Shown here: positions 58,520 to 64,000 of the stretch, piece after piece | Layout: each line of letters opens with the position of its first letter | Numbering within the stretch: position 1 is the stretch's first letter | Source: Eledone cirrhosa | Taxonomy: Eukaryota | Length of the DNA: 64,000 bases | Assembly: GCA_964016885.1 (NCBI GenBank) | Contig: OZ024740.1 | Coordinates: forward strand, 240,932,001-240,996,000 | Direction: 5' to 3' | Made by a program: the position numbers and the translations under genes | Notes under the pieces: generated by a model | Databases searched by the model: none | Told to the model about the DNA's origin: nothing | The model's input: only the letters and a program-made list of their open reading frames with translations

Positions 58520-59350
58520 CAATAAATGGAAAAGAATGAAACGAAATTTCATTTCTCACTCTTAGTACGGCTGTATACATACATACTTACATTTAAGTAC
58601 CAGCCGTACTAAGAGTGAGAAATGAAATTTCGTTTCATTCTTTTCTATTTATCGTTTTCGGTGCGCCCGGCCGACTAACTCACTCGATATACAAATTAGG
58701 CTGCTCAGCCGTTAATATGCATAAGGAAAGTATATACTTTCAGACGTTCAAACATCTGACAAAAAGGTATACGATGCTGACGATAGCTAATAAGCTTGAA
58801 ACTAGTACATCGTTGCTGTGTTAGTGTTGAACAAAAAGGTGACGATGGTTGCCTGAACACTGTACGGCGTAATTCGGGCTGTTTGTTTGTTTACAAACAA
58901 ACCGAGCATTATAATAAATGTTCGGTAAACCCATACGTACATATATATATGTGTGTATGTATGTATATATATACATACTACTGTACGTCTGTATACATAT
59001 ATGTATGTACGTATACATACATACTTACATTTAAGTACCAGCCGTACTAAGAGTGAGAAATGAAATTTCGTTTCATTCTTTTCCATTTATCGTTTTCGGT
59101 GCCTCCGGCCGACTAACTCACTCGATATGCAAATTAGCCTGCTCAGCCGTTAATATGCATAAGGAAAGTATATACTTTCAGACGTCAACCATCTGACAGA
59201 AAGGTATACGATGCTGGCGATAGCTAATAAGCTTGAAACTAGGTAAACGCATACGTACATATATATATGTGTGCATGTATGTATATATATACATACTACT
59301 GTACGTCTGTATACATATATGTATGTGCGTGTACATACATGCTTATATGC
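58520..59350 (+). mobile_element. Retrozyme-like repeat, locus 4: short fold-back then tandem monomers (437-nt period)
   Basis: Cores ctgacga at 58777 and ctggcga at 59214; intact cgatg-ctgacga-tagctaataagctt-gaaa-ctag-ta-catcg at 58772-58812. Confidence 0.82.
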
Positions 59351-59509
59351 ATATATATATATATATTCATTCAAAATATTAACAAAAATAGAACTTCATT
59401 GTGATCAAGTATATTTTATTATACATATTTCAGAGGTACTGAGCTAACTTCAACAGTACGTCAGATAAAATAAGATGATGCATGGCATACCCTGACATAG
59501 TAGATGGTA

Positions 59510-59553
<44 letters not shown>

Positions 59554-60029
59554 AAAATTAAGATAAATCAAATGAATTTAATCTAAATCAAAATTATGGG
59601 TGTCATGCCAGAAAGACATGCGCCATATCACCCGCAAAATAAGCTCTAAGATTCTAACGAGTAGGTCCGAGCATTTTATAATAACTAGAAATTGATTAAC
59701 ATATAAATAAACATGAATAATCACAGGAGATAATTTTTACAAGTGTGTAACCACACATAGCTAGGTAGGTAACTAAATAAAGTTGACCAGAACTTCAAAA
59801 ATAGATACCTTATAATATGATTAATCTTCCATGTATATATTCCATTAAAGAAATATATTTCACCAATTAATCGGATGGTAAACCACGGAAATGGTTTAAT
59901 ATATGTTTGAGGTTAAATTAAAATTATAAAATAAAGAGCAATACCTAAAGAAAATTATAAAAGTGCAATAAAGTATAAAATTGTTAAAAAGTGGATTAAA
60001 GAGATTTATTGATACTGGATTTTCGCACC

Positions 60030-61471
60030 CTGAATAAACCAAAAAGAAGTCAATGATTTGGTCAGGGATATGGGTCTGACCAAATCCAATGCAGAGCTAT
60101 TCGTCTCCAGGATGAAGCAGTGGAACTTGGTCAAGGAGGAAGTGCAGGTGACAAGTCAGAGAAGTCGACACGAACCTTTCTCAGGCTTTTACACTCTTAG
60201 GGATGGCCTCTGCTTCTGCTATGACGTGCCTGGACTGTTTGACGTTATTGGGGTGCCGTTTGTGCCCAAGGAGTGGCGGCTATTTATAGACAGCTCCACC
60301 ACAAGTTTGAAGGCAGTCCTCCCCCACAATGGAAACAAGTTCCCGACCCTGCCCCTAGCTCATTCAGTCTGCCTGAAGGAAGATTACTACAGTGTGAAAG
60401 TCCTCTTGGAAGCTCTGCAATACAACCAGTACAATTGGGAAATCATTGGAGACTTCGATATGGTGGCTTTCCTGCTTGGACTCCAAGGAGGCTTTATCAA
60501 ATTCCAATGCTTCCTCTGCCTTTGGAACAGCAGAGCCACCTCTGACCACTACAAAAGAAAGAACTTAGAGCAGCGAACAGAATTTGTAGTTGGGACCCGG
60601 AACGTCATGTGGGAGCCACTGGTTGATCCCAGGATTGTGCTCATGCCGCCACTGCACATTAAGTTGGGGTTGATGAAGCAGTTTGTGAAGGCTATCAACC
60701 AAGAATCAGCCGCTTTTAAATACCTTCTTGAATTCTTCCCCAAGTTATTTGAGGCCAAAATCAAAGGTGGAATTTTTGTTGGACCTCAGATAAAGAAGGT
60801 GTTTGAGTGTACTGAGTTCTCCAATAAGCTCAATAGAATTGAAAAAACAGCATGGAACTGTTTCAAGGCAGTTGTTAAGGGCCTCCTGTGCAACAACAGA
60901 TCTGAAAACTACCAGCAACTGGTGCAGGATCTGATAAAGGCTTTTGGCGCCATGGGATGCAGGATGTCGCTTAAACTCCATATGCTGGACGCTCACCTGG
61001 AAAAATTCAAGGACAATATGGGCGCCTACTCAGAAGAACAAAGCGAACGATTCCACCAAGATGTGAAAGAGATAGAGTGGAGGTACCAGGGCCACTACAA
61101 TGAAAAAATGGGGGATTATATCTGGTGGCTAGTGCGGGAATGCGACCTGGACTGCAACCGCAAATCCAGGAAATCCAGTCATTTCTGACGTGTATAAGTT
61201 GCTTTATAAGTGTTATTTGTTTTTACTCGTTTGCTTTTGATAAGCTTGTGTAATAAAATAAATATATACTCTGTTGATTTAATTATATGAAGTGATAAAT
61301 TTTAAAAAAATGTGTTTTTTCTTGAAAATATGAACATTTTGAAATATCAAACTGCTGACCACAAACCCAAACTTCTGATTAAATAATAGTGTTTTTTAAA
61401 AATAATAATGGGATATAACAAACCAGAAAATGGCACTTAGAACCGGGGAACAAAAAATATGTTACACGGTG
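60030..61471 (+). mobile_element. Chapaev3-like DNA transposon: transposase C-terminal ORF (60058-61188) and putative 3' terminus
   Basis: WRLFIDSS, CFLCLWNSR, PPLHIKLGLMKQFVKA, GIFVGPQI, MSLKLH, SEEQSERFHQD; end gttacacggtg. Family name assigned from recalled motifs. Confidence 0.75.
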
Positions 61472-64000
61472 TTATCTAATGAGGAAAGTAGGTTCTAGCG
61501 AAGGCGTCTCACCGAAGATGTAAATGCGACTGCGATCAGGCTCTCACAGAATGCTGTGCAGACGGCAGCTGCAAGAGCGGAGGAGGATGACAGTCGGCGT
61601 GAACTTCGACGGAACAAAGATGTTGCTGTGACTGCTGCTGCCCACGCTCTATAGGATGAAGGACGACGTTCCGTTCGACAAAGCAGGGACGCCGCTGCAA
61701 CATTCGCTGCTCGCGCTTGAGAGGATGAAGGATGACGTGCCGTTCGACGAAGCAGGGATGTCGCTGTAACAGCCGCTGCTCGCGCTCAAGAGGATGAAGG
61801 ACGACGTGCCGTTCGTCGAAGCAGGGTCGCCCTGCAGCATCCGCTGCTCGCATTCGAGAGGATGAAAGACGACGCGCCGTTCGACGAAGCAGGGACGCCA
61901 CTGCAACAGCCGCTGCTCGTGCTCAAGAGGATAAAGGGCGACGCACCGTTCGACGAAGCAGGGACGCCTCTGCAACAGGGGAGAGAGATGGAATGTTCTG
62001 TTCAAACGGTAAAGTTAGACTACCTCCTATTCACGACCCTCCAGAGACATTGTAATTCCTTTTGACAGACACGACGGAGGAATCATGGAAGTTTCTGCGT
62101 AATATCCGCCGCTACAATTCCGTGTTTCAGATAACATCCTTCGGAGCAAAGCTTGCCTCGGAACGTGGGTTAATGCCAACTTTCAAGGTCCAGGGGCAGA
62201 TCTACCCCCTGATTGGGTCTATTCAGCCTCTGGCAGAAAAGGATCCTCAATTTCTTCAGTTATACTTCGTTGGAAACTATCAGGAGCAGGCAGAGATGCG
62301 AAACTCTATTTCGTCCGAAACTAACATTGAAACCATAATAAAACTTCAAGAAATGCTTCATGACAAAAACAGCTATGTTCGCAGTTTCAAGTACGCTTTG
62401 GAAACAGCTACTGACCCAAACTTTAGTGTGGTCATACATGCTGACCGAAGGCCATCTGGAGAACACGCTGGTCGGTTCAACGCACCAACATGTAATGAGA
62501 TTGCTGCGGTTATTTGTGGTGAACAGCACAAGAGAGATATCATTCTAAAGCACCGAGACAGCACATTACAGCGTATCAATGAGACACAGGTCCTACGATG
62601 CACTCCAGTATCCATTGCTATTTGTCAACGGCGAGGACGGATACCATTTCGGCATTCCTCAACATTCAGCTGGCAATGGTGAGGCACATCTTAGCAAAAC
62701 TGTCACCTGCATGGATTTCTACGCTTTCCGATTTATGGTAAGGGACAATTCATTCAACCATGTACACCGTTCTCGGGACCTTTTCCAACAATTTGCTGTT
62801 GATATGGCCGTTAAAATGGAGTCTGAGAGATTATGGTTCATTAAATTAAATCAAAAGAAACTTCGATCTGAATGCTACATTCATCCACGCGATGGAATTA
62901 ACAACGACGTATCCCCAGACAATTTAGGGCAAGTGTGTATTTTGCCTTCAACGTTCCCAGGAGGACCCCTATACATGCACAAGAGGACTCAGGACGCCAT
63001 GACTTACGTACGACATTATGGGCGCCCCGACCTTTTCATAACGTTTACATGCAATCCCAAGTGCGACATGTACACGGTTGAATGGCAGAAACGAGGGCTG
63101 CCGCATGCCCATATCTTGATTTGGTTGGTTACACTACCGAACTACCGAACTACCTGATCTGTCGATTGACAAGGACCTCTTCTCTATAGTCACATCAAAC
63201 ATGATCCATGGTCCTTGCGGACATGGACTCAGTATGAAGTCCCCGTGCATACACGACGGAAAATGTACAAAACGATATCCTAGGACGTTTTTACAGGAAA
63301 CACAGACAGGCGGTGACGGATATCCGTTGTATAGGCGCAGGAGACCTGAAGACGGTGGGTTCACAGCATAGGTTGGCGAACGTGAAATCGACAACAGCTG
63401 GATAGTGCCATATTGCCCCCTCCTCTTGAAAGCGTTTAACGGCCATATAAACGTCGAATTTTGCAACCCAGTAAAATCAATTAAATACGTTTGTAAGTAC
63501 GTAAACAAGGGATCGGATGCTGCCGTCTTTGGTCTTCGTCATGAAAACAGTAGAGACGAGGTATCTGACTACCAAGCAGGCCGATACATTAGCCGCAATG
63601 AAGCCTTTTGGCGCATTTGTGGCTCCCCACTGCACCAATGACACACCGTCATTAAACAACTTGCCGTTCACCTTGAAAACGGTCAACGGGAGTATTTCAA
63701 CGATGCAACAGCTGCTCAGCTAGCGAACTCGCAAAAGGAAACTTTTTTCAAACTTTGTCAACACGACGACTTCGCTCGAACTCTGCTGTATTCTGAAATA
63801 CTATACATGGAACCGGACAAAATGGCTACGAAGGAAGGTAGGGAAAGAGGTGGTTAGACATCCAGGCATCAAATTCGACAATTGCTTTGGGCGAGTTTAT
63901 ACGGTCTACCCTACCCAACACGAATGCTTCTACCTGCGACTTCTGCTTCATGAGGTAAGAGGGCCGACTAGCTTCACTCATCTGAGAACCGTCGATGGAT
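61472..64000 (+). mobile_element. Second Helitron RepHel (degenerate; runs off the window) with 69-bp N-terminal tandem repeats (61640-61980)
   Basis: FQITSFGA, FKVQGQIY, YDALQYPLLF, GRPDLFITFTCNPK, VEWQKRGLPHAH, KYVCKYVNKG; collinear with 11341-16048; internal deletion near 63062. Confidence 0.93.

Noticed and set aside
60058-61188. 376-aa open transposase ORF as a domesticated host gene
   Set aside because: It is 5'-truncated, starts at TTG, has substitutions in conserved motifs and retains a transposon-like end; more likely a young element fragment.

Overview
AT-rich, microsatellite-saturated animal genomic DNA; the repeat repertoire suggests a cephalopod/octopus-like genome (inference). 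I see no host gene. The window is a mosaic of decayed mobile elements joined at (TA)n tracts: several RTE-clade LINEs (one family with a PHD finger inserted in the RT; one near full-length BovB-like copy with a C2H2 finger and a 5' HDV-like ribozyme), at least six Penelope-like element (PLE) fragments (RT and GIY-YIG), two RepHel Helitrons plus a non-autonomous Helitron, a hAT transposase, a hAT MITE, a Chapaev3-like transposase and SINEs. The structure the ORF track misses is at RNA level. I count about 24 type I hammerhead ribozyme motifs by eye (about half with intact cores) from many distinct families, most with a palindromic helix III and an adjacent AATAAA. One ORF-less ~416-437 nt monomer carrying a minimal hammerhead occurs as permuted tandem and fold-back arrays at four loci, a candidate retrozyme (circRNA) family. 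All structures were folded by eye and boundaries are approximate.
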